From: Raillietiella orientalis | Lineage: Eukaryota | Direction of reading: 5' to 3' | DNA: 64,000 nucleotides | Assembly: GCA_036172245.1 (NCBI GenBank) | Contig: JAYWIR010000001.1 | Coordinates: 10,788,001 to 10,852,000, forward strand | Shown: one piece after another, positions 33,551-46,305 of the stretch | Numbering within the stretch: the stretch's first letter is position 1 | Layout of the letters: every line of letters begins with the position of its first letter | Notes under the pieces: model-generated | What the model saw: only the letters and a program-made list of their open reading frames with translations | Databases searched by the model: none | What the model was told of the DNA's origin: nothing | Position numbers and translations under genes: made by a program

Positions 33551-33614
33551 TTCCTATTGATCTGTATTAAGCTTATATGGTCTCTGCCTATGAGTTAATA
33601 CAGATCAGTAGGAA
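33551..33614. repeat. 64-nt hairpin (20-bp basal stem with one G-U, plus an imperfect extension)
   Basis: ttcctattgatctgtattaa ... ttaatacagatcagtaggaa. Confidence 0.9.
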
Positions 33615-34129
33615 TTTATCTAATATCAAATAACTGTAACTGGGGAAAACATTTTATTTCCGATTGTTTTTATTATTGACAACTTATTAAGAGTATATAC
33701 AATCATCGTACTAACCCGAGAAAAGCTAACGACACTTTATCACTATTGCTCTTTCAGAACAAGCCATTATCCTTTCCTGACAGTATTTGGAGCTATCACT
33801 GTCTCCATAATAGACCTAAAAATCTCCCTAAAATAATAGTTTCATTTTCAGTTTATTAGTCGTTATCTATAAATCAATCTCTCATCTAGCACAAAAGACT
33901 TCACACTGAACTATTACTGAACGATATGGCCACCAAAAAGTTAATATTGAAGAACAAAAGTGAATCCGATTAAATCTGAGAAACTCCTTGCACTCCGTAT
34001 TCATTTAGAATGCTATTGCGAAGAAAAGTTTATGCTTTGAGAACTTGAAAACCTATGATACACTTCAAGTTGTGCAAGTACAGTTGGCGTAGCTGGAATC
34101 ACTTAAATGCTGTCGATTATCAGTAAACG

Positions 34130-34560
34130 GCTTCGAGCCTTCGTGTTCCGCATAAAGCAAATCCACAATCTTCACCACCACGGATCAACTTCTGTAATTT
34201 CGAAGGCCTGAAGGCACAATGAATCCGAGCATGTTGCGCACCCTGATTTCGGAGCATTGGGATCGGACCCTTCGTTGATGGTTCTGTTGTGCTTGGCCTA
34301 AGAAAGCTGAAACTACGCGCTCTGCCCAAAAGATGTGAACGTGGCTGTGGAACCGTGAAAACCTCAGCGAGGATCTGATCTGCGAACGCTGCAACATTGG
34401 CCTAATCTGAAGATTGCTAATATGTTGCATTCTCCTGCGTGGTGGTCCAAGTTTTGGGGTTTTCTTGATGATCAGGGGGGTTTTGAGTGCGCTTTTCCAA
34501 GGAAATCTACGGCTGCATGGGGTGCCATATACAGTATTCTTTTTGTCACACACACAAAAA
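34130..34560 (-). mobile_element. CR1/L2-like LINE RT remnant
   Basis: FPWKSALKTPLIIKKTPKLGPP...ISNL (cf. FPxxWKxAxVTPLLKKPxLDP...RPISNL), followed by GFHGST (GFRxxHST); frameshifted. Confidence 0.55.
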
Positions 34561-34674
34561 TAATTTGTGATAGTTGCAGTAAGGTGTTTCATTGGCACAC
34601 CCATTTGTGTCTGCACAACGTGTTTGGATAAGGCAAAACAGTAATTATTCGTATTTGACTACTGTAGATTAACA

Positions 34675-35962
34675 ATGGCATCCTACGTAAAGCCAGGTAA
34701 TTAACAAAAGCATCCATAGTATTTAAGTTGCAATTTGTTGAAAGCAAAGCTTTCTTTTGTGTTTAGAAAATGAACGAAACTGAAATAAACTCTTTAAATG
34801 ACAAAGTTCCCCCCCTTTTTTTTTTTCTTTCATTTTGCAGTTCCTGATTTTAGCATAATTTTTGATAAATACCCTGACAAATCTGTTGGACTTTTAGCAA
34901 TAGAATCAATGTTGGCGTATCTCAAAATTGATACAGGTATATTCAATTTACGATCCAAGTAAATGTAATAGATTTTCAGCAAACACATTGTCTGAATTGA
35001 TGAAAAACTTAGATGCTGTTGTAGCACAATTGAAGATGCAGGACTTATCTGTTTCAGTGATGTCAGGCTGTGAATTATTCCGAAGGTACATAACTTTGGC
35101 ATCTGAACAGTTAGAACAACCAGTTCAGTATAAATCCCTTTGAAAAGCTAATTTATTATTAGACTAGCTTAGGAATGGAGCAGATGCAAGCAAGTGATGA
35201 TATCAAGAGGCGAGAGATTTCTGCTTAAATTAAGTAAATGCAAAGAAAAGATAGCAAGTTTTGCAAATTCTTTCATCCAAGATGGTGCTGTAAGTTGCAG
35301 ACATAGAAATGTTTTAGTTTTCCAGCTATGTTAGCATATCTTAATCCACTCAAAATCCCGAGTTATCCTGCAGTCACTCTTAGTGGCTTCTCAGGAAAAC
35401 AGAAAATTTAACGTTTTTGTAACAGAGTCATGCCCCAACAAAAGTGGGTATGTAATTGTAATTCTGGGAGAGACATGAAGTAAGATCCTATGGTAGGATA
35501 GACATGCAAGCAGCTCTGCAGGAACATGGTATACCATGCACTCTAGTGTTGGATTCAGCAGTAGCCTCTATCATGGAAAGGATTGACTTTTGCCTTGTAG
35601 GTGCTGAAGGTGTAGTAGAGAGTGGTGGAATTATCAACAAGGTACGTGCATCTGAATGTGAAACTCGCTTAATACAATTTAACCATCAGGTGGGCACTTA
35701 TGCCATTGCTTTGTGTGCTCAAGTACTGGGCAAACCTTTTTATGTGTTAGCAGAAAGCTTTAAGTTTGTGAGAAGCTACCCACTCAATCAAGAAGATTCA
35801 GCAAGGGTCTTTGGATACCCAGATTATTTCAATGCAGGAGAAACATGTGCTCATCCCTTAGTGGATTACACACCTCCTGCCTACATTACCCTTCTGTTTA
35901 CTGATTTGGGTATACTGACTCCTTCGGCTGTTAGTGATCGTTTAATACAACTGTATCTCTGA
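34675..35962 (+). CDS. EIF2B1: Translation initiation factor eIF-2B subunit alpha, 7 exons, ~302 aa
   Basis: Exons 34675-34696, 34841-34936, 34980-35122, 35173-35289, 35335-35447, 35497-35641, 35690-35962 (909 nt). Motifs [36 protein letters not shown] and [26 protein letters not shown]. The first short exon is less certain. Confidence 0.95.
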
Positions 35963-35972
35963 TTTATTGTAC

Positions 35973-38216
35973 CTACACACCCTTTCTCCATTTGTCAGCA
36001 ATTGAAAAAGCAGTCATTGGACGACCAGCAATGCCACATGTTCCCACACCAACACGTCCTAAAATGTTATCTGGAGAAGCAAATATGGACTTCTTGTTGA
36101 AGCCCTTTTTGTTCTTTCCCAAGGCCTATACAAAATAAGTCTCTGAAAACAAAAGCTCAAACCTTACTTTCTGTGCAAACGACTGCCATTTGTTTTTTTC
36201 CTGTTCTCGTTCTTCCTCTTGTTGCTTTAATCGTTGTTGCTTTTTAAGCAATTTTTTTTTCAAATGCTCTCTTTGCTGTTTGATATACACCTTTCTGAAA
36301 GCAAAGAATGGCCAAGAATAGCCGAGATAAGATCCCTGTTACTTGAGAATGCGTTTTCCTGATTCTTTTTCTCCATCAGATATCTTACGCTTTGCACCTG
36401 AACCTCTTGGACGAAGCAACACAATGGGAGTGACTGTTTTTTTGCGGTAACCATCGAACAGTACTGTGCACTGCCCATCTCCAGTGATGTTGGTGATTGT
36501 AGCGTTATAATATCTGTTACAGTTTCACAATTTTTCATCAAAACGAACAAACTCACTGTCCATCCCCACTCCAGATTCCTTGGCATTTATCTCCAACATT
36601 CCAAGAGTTGATGAGTGGTGTAACTTTTTGAGGGAATTGTCCCATTTCCACAGATTTTTGGTCACTATCTTTAATTAAAAATCCAATTCAATCACAAAAT
36701 TACAAAAAAAAATTTCAGGTGCAAAGAAAAGGGTATTCTTGCAAGACTCAAGATTTGTACAGAAATAGAAAAGAAATAACTCAAAACATAAGTACCAATC
36801 TTTTTTATACCTCAAAACTGAATAACATTTCAAACAAACATTTCAAAGAACAGAGAGTTTATAGGGAAAATAATGAATGCAAACCTCGACCTGCTCCATC
36901 TGACTGGGAATTCAATAATTCATTTGTAAGACTGATCACAGCCAATAAGTCTTCTTTTAATTTATGAAGTTCTGCATTTTCACTGTCTGTTGTAAGTGCT
37001 GCTTCAACCTATGACACAATATAGGGAGATCAAAATAAGCTTTAGAAGTGAAAAATCCAATATACGCTGGTATTAATAGACCAACATTTCAGGTAACAGC
37101 TACAACAGAAGTTTGACTCTACCTCATTTTTGAATTACTTTTTCATGATAAATTTTTGATTACAAACTAAACATAAACTTTCAAAATAATTGACATTCAA
37201 CAACTTTAACCAATTTAGGAAACTGTCTGAGTAACATGTATTCAAAAGACAAATCTCTAAAGTTTTGAAGAGCAGTTTCTTCTATTCATGATTTAGCACG
37301 ATGGATTAGGTGGTAAATTGTGCTGAAAAGTGACGTAAGAATGCTTCAGTAAATCAAAAAAATCAATAATACTGTAAAGTTTCTTTTTTAATTGGTTAAT
37401 TATGCCCAAATAATAAGGAACAAAAAAAAAACTGCTTGGATTTTACACAAAATATTGACTGATTAATTAAACCACAAATATTTTACGAAATTAATCAACA
37501 AAAGAGATACTTTGATATACCAGACACAATTTCCACGCCAACTTGATTTCAGTTTCTCAATTTGATCAAATACATTTCCAATTTTGCACAGCAAAGCAAA
37601 TACAAATCATTTACGCGCTTGATTTAACAATTGAAGATACAGTGATTACTTCTTATGACTACATTTTACTCATCACTTCTCACTAATGGACTTTTACACC
37701 TGTATTCATTTTGACACATTTCGCTAAATGAATACTAAAAAATTTGATATTCCGTTAATGTCGTCCAAAACCCAAGCTCTTCCATGGGGACAGAGTACTC
37801 TACCCCGAGTGATAATTATTCATGGAGCCATGCATATTTGCATAAATGGACAAAACCATTGGCAAAAGCTCTTGCAGGTGAAAAAAATAGAATAACATTC
37901 CTGATAATAAAAATGCATTACGAGATCCACATGCAGGTTCCAATAATTTCAATTTGTGAAAACGATTTCTGTAACATGATCTTAAATGTACATCCCCCAC
38001 ATTTAGCAAAGGATTCCAAAGACCCTAATCTGGTCATCTTTCTTCATATCATTAAAATAATAATTTTGCAGTGAAAAATTAAAAGTAACACAATGTGTTT
38101 AAAACTTCTACATTATAAATTTAAGTTACAATAACATTTTCAACATACTAACTTGACAGTACCTGGGTTAATTGCAATTTATAAGTATGTAGACTTGCTT
38201 GTAAATCGTCTGACAT
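35973..38216 (-). CDS. SMNDC1: Survival of motor neuron-related splicing factor 30 (Tudor domain), 6 exons, ~246 aa; missed by the ORF track
   Basis: Exons 38216-38163, 37008-36885, 36668-36557, 36513-36343, 36294-36168, 36125-35973 (741 nt, phases consistent). Translation includes MSDDLQASLHTYKLQLTQVEAAL, Tudor WNVGDKCQGIWSGDGQYYNATI..VLFDGY, and the C-terminal KSIFASPDNILGRVGVGTCGIAGRPMT. Confidence 0.95.
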
Positions 38217-39701
38217 GATAATCAATCACTCTTTATCAGCCATGCAATTTGATGTTGGGCACATATATTTAACATATTCTTCAACATATCCTACAACATT
38301 GTTTGTAAGTTTCATGATTTCCTTTTTCAAACATCCAATAACAAGAACAAAACATGCTTACCAGGTCATTGATGAGACTTTCTTTGGAAGTTAAACTTTG
38401 AATATTTGACATCGATAGAAGAAGGTAATCAAATCTAGACACAATAGCATTTTCATAGATATTCATGAAAAATGAAGACAAAAATTAATCAAATGTTTTA
38501 GTAGTTTTCAAAGGAAATATTGACATATCGCTCATTTTTGCTTAATGTACTAAATTAATTTCGTATTCATCACTTTTCAAGTTAGAGTGGAAAATCAATC
38601 ACTTTTTAAAAATCATGATTCATTTTGGAAACTTATTTTATTGCAGTACAGAATAAATTAGATTTTCTTGAATTTTAGTGATAAGATTCGTCTATTGTCT
38701 ATATTTTTTTAATTCTGTGAGAGCCACTGTTGAAATATTTTATTTTTTCAGTGACCAAATGAAATATGCTTCCTCATTAATATCACATTAACCAATCTCA
38801 TTACAGATTTTAAGGCAGTCCGATTTTTTTAAAAATATGCACTTTAGTTCCAGTTTTCTAGCATTCAAGTGATGCTTACGGAACTACAAAAAAATTTTCA
38901 TAATTCAGATTAACGCACAAATGTTTCTCAGTTTTAGTTAGTAATATTAGGATTACATGTAGTTATCGAAAACTGCTAAGGTTATTATGTAAATGAACGC
39001 CTTCAAGTTTTTTGTTCAAATTTTCATTCTAAAGAGATAAAAGGTGTTTCGCCTATAGCATGGGAGTTGTGCGTTATCATCAAACATGCTGGCTGCCATT
39101 CAGAAGAGAACACCATTCACACATCTAATCTTGAGCATCCATATTGCCCATGTTTTCGTTCTTGCAACCCTCTTCCTGTACAATCTTTCGATCGCTTTTA
39201 GGTGAGTTTGATTATTCATATTGTTTCCTAAATGGAAAATACAAGTCCGATTGTGAAATATAATACCGAACAAGTTTGGGTCGTGATCAAATAATAAATA
39301 AGAAACAAGAATAAAACCATGCAATATTATTTTTCGAGAAGAAAAAGTTAGATATGAGGAAAACTGGACTCAAAATGTGCAACATCCTTAGATAGGATCA
39401 ACTGGACCGGGAAACAAAGACAAGATTTCGAAAAGGTCTTTGTCCTGATTTTGCTTCCTGTCTGTAGGAGGCGAATCTCGCTCAATAGCTTGGCTGTCCA
39501 AACATAATAAAATTAATGTATATTTTTCACCATGGAGCATGAATCCGGGATGAAGAAACAATAAGCAACAAAGTGGCGAGAACAGAGAAAATCCATTTGC
39601 TACTTTCCCGAGTGCACGCAGAAGAGAACCATGCAAGCAGAGTGGAATTCAAGAATGCTTTAGCTTCTTTCATTGCTGTTTTATTCCCTGTTTGCCCCTC
39701 A

Positions 39702-39741
39702 TTTTTCCCAATCTCGATCGAAAGATCGAGATTGGGAAAAA
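39702..39741. repeat. Perfect 18-bp inverted repeat with GAAA loop
   Basis: tttttcccaatctcgatc-gaaa-gatcgagattgggaaaaa. Confidence 0.95.
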
Positions 39742-42700
39742 AGTACTAGTAACGGCAAAAAAGCTATGGCATTCGAAGAGACGGTCATTCTACCGTTACA
39801 AATATATGATTTGCAAAATGTCGTTACGAAGAAATTGTTCATGCTCTCTGTTGAGATCTCATCATTCCATGAATAAAGCACAGACCAAGAACCGGGAATC
39901 ATGCATTTCCAATTCATAGTTTACTTGGGAAGATCAGATTACGAAGCATCGAGATCCATTTTTACAGGCAAGGGAGCAAGTGGGAGATGTCTCATTCCGC
40001 AGTGGAGAGTGAGCTTTCTGATTCCTTCAAGAAAAATTTCTTCCGTCCTTGCTGAAAGGAGCAGCGTCATCAATGAAAGATTTCATCATAGCATCATCAT
40101 TCTGCAAGTTTCATGATTTCTTCGTTCAGATATCCAATGACGAGGACAAATCATGCTTATCAGATCATCGATAAAACTTTCTTTTTTACAAAAAAAAAAA
40201 TCTTTCTTTGAAGCTTAAGCTTTGAATATTTTATATCAGTAGGAGGTGGAAATCAAGAACCTTACAGAATGCTCAGATATGATGAATCTTTCTTTGAGGA
40301 TGCCTGAGCATTCTACTATGTCTGTTCTCTCATATTCATTTTTGAATTTAAAGTTGCCCCTTTCAGAAATGCCAGAATACAAAGCGCTCGAAATGCAGAG
40401 TATCTTCCGGCACCTGGTAGGCGACCCTCGGAGGAAAGGAACCTTCCTGGATGGCTCCCTGGGATCTAAACTTCCGGCTACGGAAGCGGGACCGGTACGA
40501 GTTCCTTTGGAAACCGAGGCGGGAGGGCGATAGTTGCCTCCGAGGATCGAAATCCAATCTAGGAACCGTTGCTAGGGCGCTCGTCGGGGCAGATGACCCC
40601 CCTTCTTTGCGCCTCTCCCTCGAAGCAGGAATTTTCAGTGGCCATCATGTCGAAGTGCTTGGAAGAAGCAGAGAGCCGCGCTGACCGAAGAGAAGGAGAA
40701 AACGGCCGAAGAGGAGGTGGGGAGACGAGGAAGATGTTGACTTTCTCACCTGCAGGCGACCTGCATGGTCGAGCAGTTCCTCGGTGTTCCCCACCAGATG
40801 TGCTCGTCCGCCTCGAGTTCGGCAGAGAACAGAGGAGGGGAAGGCGAGGAGGCTGGCAAGGATGCGGACCGTTCCGCTTACCCCAAGACGGGGTTTCTTT
40901 CATCTCTTCGTGGGAGGATGGGGAAAAGGGGGGAGGGGAGGGAGGATCGCTGACAGGGAAGTTCCCCCGGTCGGCTTGCAGGGCGCAAGGCGGGTGCAGG
41001 AGCTCCTGGGGAGGAATCTCTGCCCATCCCCTCCCTGCTCCTTCAGGAGCTTCACCGGCTTTCTGCAGGTTCTCCTCCAGAGTTTCCCTCCCCCCTCTGC
41101 TTTCGCTGGATGTGGCCGCTGCTTTTCCCGTCCAAGATCCCGCGCCGGCCGGCTACGAGATCTGCGCGCCCAAAGCCTCAACTCGGGCGTCCTTCGGTTT
41201 TCCGGTCGTGCGCGCGCGCGCGCCGCCGCCGCCACTCGCTCCCCTCGTCTTCCTCCTTCCCCCGGAAGCTCGCGCTCCGCCGCCCCCGTCACGCAAGGCT
41301 CGCGCGACTGGCCGGCGGGCAGTGCGTTGCCAGCGCGACGCTGGGCTGCGAGGGTGGCGGTGGTTTGCGCGCGCGCGCCTGTGGCTCGCCGTTCCCTCCT
41401 CCTCCCCCCCTCCCTCTTCCCTCCGAAGCGCGCGCCCGCGTGCGCCCAGGTGCGAGACCGAGGCACCAGGGCAGAAAGAGGCTCTTCCCCCTTCCCCATC
41501 CCCCCATTGCTGCAGAAACCTACCTCCTCCTCCTCTCCCTTCGCCTCCCGTCCGTCCCGTCCGTGGAGGACGGTTTCCTAGTGACAAGCCGATTCGCCCG
41601 AACGCGACGCGCGCGTCCCCGCTCACGGGATCCGTTGCCGCACAACCTACCAGAAGGACTCGAAGCCCCGTCTCACCGGCTGCTGCCGCTCGACGAGGAG
41701 GGCTCGAAGGGGGCGGAAGGGGCAGAATCGAAAGATCTCCACCCTCACTCCCACCCCTGTCTTCCCCTCTTCCGCCGTTGCCTTGGGAGTCGCTTCGAAG
41801 CGATCTGCCTCCCGTTCCCGGCCTTCCCTGCGCGAGGCGCGCGAGGAGGGGGACGCGCAGCGCCAGTCCACGGTGGCGTTCGATCGCCTTTTCCTCGGTT
41901 GCCTCGCAACGCCGCGACTCCCTCACGCACTCGAGGGGCGTCGTCACCGCCGCCATTCTCCCTTTTCTCCGGCAGAGTCTCCCCCCTCCCTTCCTCCCGT
42001 CGTCTCCTTCCTTCCCGTCTTCATGGAAATCCCTCACTCCCCCCCTCCCCTCGAGCGCTTCCTCGTCCGGGGTCTCCGTCCCGCTCGGGAGGATCCTCGC
42101 GTCCCTCTGCGCACGCGGAGGGGAGAAAGGAAGGGTGGGTGGTGTTGCCGCAGTCCCGCACGACCTCTCACGCCCTTGTCTCCTCCCTCAGGGTCACCCT
42201 TCGCCCCTTGCGTCGGAGGTCCGGCGGCGTCCAGGATGGGGTGCGTGCCTTGCTGCCTTAGAGGGATCCCAACCCTCCGCGCTCAGGAGTGCGAGGTCCG
42301 CTACGGTGAGCTGGGATGGTGGCGGGGAGCGCCGTGACCTCATGTCGAGGGGTCACTGCCCCCTCCCCCCCCTTTTTTTTTCTTTTCTTCCTCCCTTCCC
42401 TCCTCCTGCTCCTCCCGTGTCTCCCTCCCACCCGTTCCCCTCCTTGCACCCGAAAGCGTCTCTGGAGTCCCCCACGTGGAGCGAGGTCGACTTGAACCTG
42501 GAGGATGGCATCCCGGCGCCCAAGGACGGAGTGCCCTGGAGGCCCAGGTAGGCGGGCGCGGCACGAGACCGGGACTCCGTGACCAGGGAGCCGGCGGCGG
42601 CACAGGGTTCTGCGCCTCCTCGGAACTTCCAGCGGCCGTTCCTGGAAGATCAGCCTCCGACCGCACTCCTGAGGTCTCCCGGAGGCAGCACGCCTGTCTC

Positions 42701-43899
42701 CATGGCGAAGGCCGCGAGGGCGCGGCTGAGGACGCTCCCGCACGCGGAGGCGCGTCCACCCTCTTCCTGCTCTTGCCTCGCCGCGGGAGGACCCTTCCTG
42801 CCCCCCGAGGGAGGTCGACGACGGCACCAGGAACTCGCCTCCTCTGTCCCGGCCGCGCGGGGTCGCCCGTGGCCGGGGGGCGGACGAGCGAGGCGGGGTG
42901 CGACCCGCTACCCCGAAAGGAACCGCTGGCTCCTCCCTCCGGAAGACGCTTCAGGTGCAAATAAAGCGGCCGTCGCCCGAGGCGCCCACCCTCGTCCGGG
43001 AAGTTGCAGAGAGTGCGGGAGTGGCTTGCATACTCCGATGCGAGGTAGGGGAAACTGTGGCCAGGAGGTAGGGACATTGTTCTCGGCAACGTCGCGGAAG
43101 GGGGATGGGGGTTGGAAGGTCACAACCCACCCCGCTCTCTTGCAGGACGGCTCCTGGAGGGGGGAGCGGGACTCCTCCCTCTGTCCCCCTGACGAGAGCG
43201 GTGGGGACACCATGCCCTGAAGGAGGCCGTCGGGACTTTGCTGACGGGGCGAGCGTCCTCCGAAGAATGCAGAGATCAGCTTGGAAGAGTGGGGGGGGAG
43301 GTGCAGGGGGGGAGAAGACGGCGGGGGAGTCGCGACCCGAAGCCACCGCAGCGCGACGTCACCGAGCCGAGCGCGGAAGTCCACGTGCTCTCCTTGGGCT
43401 CGGCGTTTCCCCTCCTTTCCCGGCTCCCAGCGATTCCCCGTCGGGACCGTCGTCCGTGAAGGACGGCGGCAGCGGTCGCGCGTGGACCGGCCCGGAAGTT
43501 GTGTATACGAGGAGCGAGGCAGCTCCCGTCGTCCCTCAATTCCACGCCGGGCGTCCGACACGGGGAGCACGAGAGGATCCTGCGGTTTCGGACCTGCTCC
43601 GGTTCCTCCCGGTGCCAATCGAAACAGAGGGAGAGGGAGAGAGGGGGGGAGGAAGAAGAGTCGTCAAAGGTCAGACGAGGGATCTCCAAAAACGCGCCCA
43701 TTCGGGAGGCAGGGCTTCGCGCCTTCTCAGGAAGTTCAGAGGCCACCCCTTAAGGGGTCCGCCGCCTCCGTGGGAGGTCATGGTGTCGGCCTCTTCCCGC
43801 AGACGAAAGTGGCTTTGAGGGTTCGAGTCTGGAGGAAGGAGTTGGCGCTACCTCCCGCAACCGCTCGCGAGTGGATTGCTGGAGGGGAAGGGGAGGGAG

Positions 43900-45560
43900 G
43901 GGGAAGGCGACGATGAAGACGACGTTCCGACCGAAAGGGCCCAGTCGCGGGGGAAGGGGAGGGAGGCGGCAGCAGCTAGGCGTCTCAGGCGCGACTCTTG
44001 CACGGGAGCCGGTTTCCCGGAGTCCGCGCCCATCAGGATGGCATCCGGACTCCTCTTTTCGGGGCACCGAGGTCACTCTCCTCGCTCTGCACGCAGCTGC
44101 TCCCAGCGATGCCCTGGGTTGCGCGAGAGCGGCTGCCCCTTTTCCCAGAGAGTGGGTCTCCCTCGTCCAGCGGCCGCCATTTTCCCGTCAGTATGGTTGC
44201 CACTCGCTCGTGGCCTGGTCTCAGGAGAGGCCTGCCGCATAGGGGGAAGAAGATACGCATCTTCGCGCTGCTGCGGGGGATGGCGGCGGCTATTTGGCAA
44301 GCATCCGGCAAAAGAGTCTCTCTGTTTCCTCCCCGGCTTGGCTCACTTCCTCCAGGTGACTCAGGTGCACGTTCCCTCACTTCCTGCGCCGGGGCGGGCG
44401 GCTCCCCGCTGAGCGTGGATCAGTTGCGCGCACTTTCGCGCTCCCAGCGAAGGCACACAGGTGTGGGGAGAGAGGACCAATCGGCACACATCCTGCTCTG
44501 CGTCGGGGGAAGGGAGGGACTCCGTGGGGCATCAAGGGGCTGCTGCTGGCCTGGAGCCTCCGCGACGCACCAGGAGAGGGAGACGATCATTCGAGAATGC
44601 AGAGGATGCCCCATGAAGAATGCACCTCCGGAGCAGTGCGCTGTTGGATCCGACAGCGGGACGAGACTGCCGACGGCGCGGCCTGGTGCCGAACAATGCC
44701 CTCGGGGGAAATGGGGACGGTAACCTGTCCCCATTTCCCCCGCGAGCAAGAACGCCCATGAGGACGTCCTGCAGAAGCTGCCATTCGGGAGTGTTCTCTT
44801 GGTGGGAGTCGGGAGCACCAGCCAGAGTTCCGACCGCAAGTTGGTCCGCGCTAGCGGCCCGCACGGCCTCCGCTAGCGGCAACAACGGTTGCGGGTTCGA
44901 ATCCCGTCAGGGGAAGAACCGATCCCCACGAGAAATGGGTGCGTCGGGGATTGCGAGCTCCCTCCCCCTTTCACAGAGCGACACTGGTTGGCCCACGGGC
45001 TCCGGGATGCCCCCGTTGACAGACCAGGATGGGGAGTCGACCCTCCAGGGTCCTTCAAGCAATCAAGGAGTACTTCGGGGTTCCCCTCCGATAGTGAAGA
45101 TGGAGTTGGTTCACGCCCATCTCGGGGGGTCGCCTCTCCGGAGTGCAAGGAGCGCCCTACTGCTTTCGGGTAGCGTCCTCCAGGTAAATCGGGAAGTGCC
45201 CTTCAGGGTTCTCTTCAGAGGAGGAAATGAGAAGCGGATCCTTTCCGGGGGTCCCTCCGGAGAGAACAAAGAAGAGCCACCTCTTCCTTGGGGTTCCCTC
45301 CCAAGCGTGAGAGGAACGGAATCCTCACACTGGAGCCTTCCTGGATTCATGGGATCGTTCCCTTCCGGGCTTACCCCCCTAACTTGAAGAGTCACACGCA
45401 TCCCCGGGCGGCGTGAATCGTGTCAAAGAGCTTCATGAGTCCCCCACAAGAAGGCGAGTGGTTCTCTAGCACGTAGCGATCCCCCCCCCCAAAAAAAAGA
45501 AACCGAAAACCAAAAAAAAAAAAAGAAAAGGCCGGAAGGAAAACAGGGAAACAGAAAGAA
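43900..45560 (-). mobile_element. Diverged L1/Tx1-like copy F (5'/endonuclease region and decayed RT)
   Basis: 45480-44930 aligns with 9810-10500 (MNPGRLQCEDSVPLTLGRE vs MNPGSLRTKGSVPFTLGKE; DCLKDPGGST vs DSFKDPRGST). It continues with SADQLAV (SDH-like), PEWQLLQDVL and EGDPLS (~44150). Confidence 0.6.
44703..44742. repeat. 16-bp inverted repeat, 8-nt loop
   Basis: cgggggaaatggggac-ggtaacct-gtccccatttcccccg. Confidence 0.9.
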
Positions 45561-45619
45561 TCCCAGAGGATTTTCATTATCCAGTCGCTCTTCCTCAAGT
45601 TGCACGAGGCGGCGTTGCT

Positions 45620-46305
45620 GGAGGTGCATGAGGGAATCCCGTGTAAAGCGCGCCTTCGCTACTGGACTCAGGGGGGAGCATGAACGCTCAGAGTTGGAGA
45701 GGTTCGGGAAGGAGACTCTCCTGCACGTGTTGTTGGACCGTGCTGCCCTTCGATCCCTTTGGGATCGCCTCGCGGCTGCCCTAGGAATCCCGGCAAGAGG
45801 CCCCAGGGACATTTTCTCAGACGCCTCTTCGCGTGCGATGCCGCACTGCCGCCGCCAGCCGCGCCCCCTCGCAGTTCCCTCCTGGTTGTCTCCGCGGGAT
45901 CGCGGCGGTCTGGAACGCCAGGAGAAGAGGCTGAAATGCAGAGACGCCGTCCACTGGGCACGGAAGACCCTCCTCCTCCTGAAGACCTCTCTAAGATGGG
46001 CCTCCCTGGAGATCATACGGAACGATCATACGCCTCAGCATCATGGGTGCAAAGGACGCCTGGCAGCGTACTGTATGATCCCCTCCTCGATTCCCTCCCC
46101 CCCTTTCCCATGTAAATCCTTCCCTCCCCTATTTTGTTTGTTTATTTTTTTATGTTTTATTTTCCCCTCCCCCACCGCTGCCGAATTGGACCTCGCCGGT
46201 CTGCGCACCTCTTCGGCAGATTCGTTGCGCGTGGCAGAAACAACGGTCCTACCACACCATTGTATTTTTATTACGTTATGTAATAAATGCCCCGACATAA
46301 CCGGG
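45620..46305 (+). mobile_element. L1/Tx1-like LINE 3' fragment (copy D)
   Basis: FGKETLLHVLLDRAALRSLWDRL...GPRDIF...DAVHWA aligns with copy A. T-rich structured UTR with AATAAA at 46282-46287. Confidence 0.7.

Noticed and set aside
40569-42551. 660-aa ORF and the many other long overlapping ORFs in GC-rich zones (e.g. 4197-5438, 3707-4654, 5009-5992)
   Set aside because: P/R/G/S/A-rich, open in several frames and on both strands, with no domain motifs; expected from stop-codon scarcity at high GC. Only the last ~30 codons of the 660-aa ORF coincide with a plausible exon.
44835-44915. Possible tRNA gene (GGTTCGAATCCC with T-stem)
   Set aside because: No acceptor stem, D-arm or anticodon arm could be built. 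The motif is part of a repeat shared with 30186 and 13860 and is reported as a finding instead.
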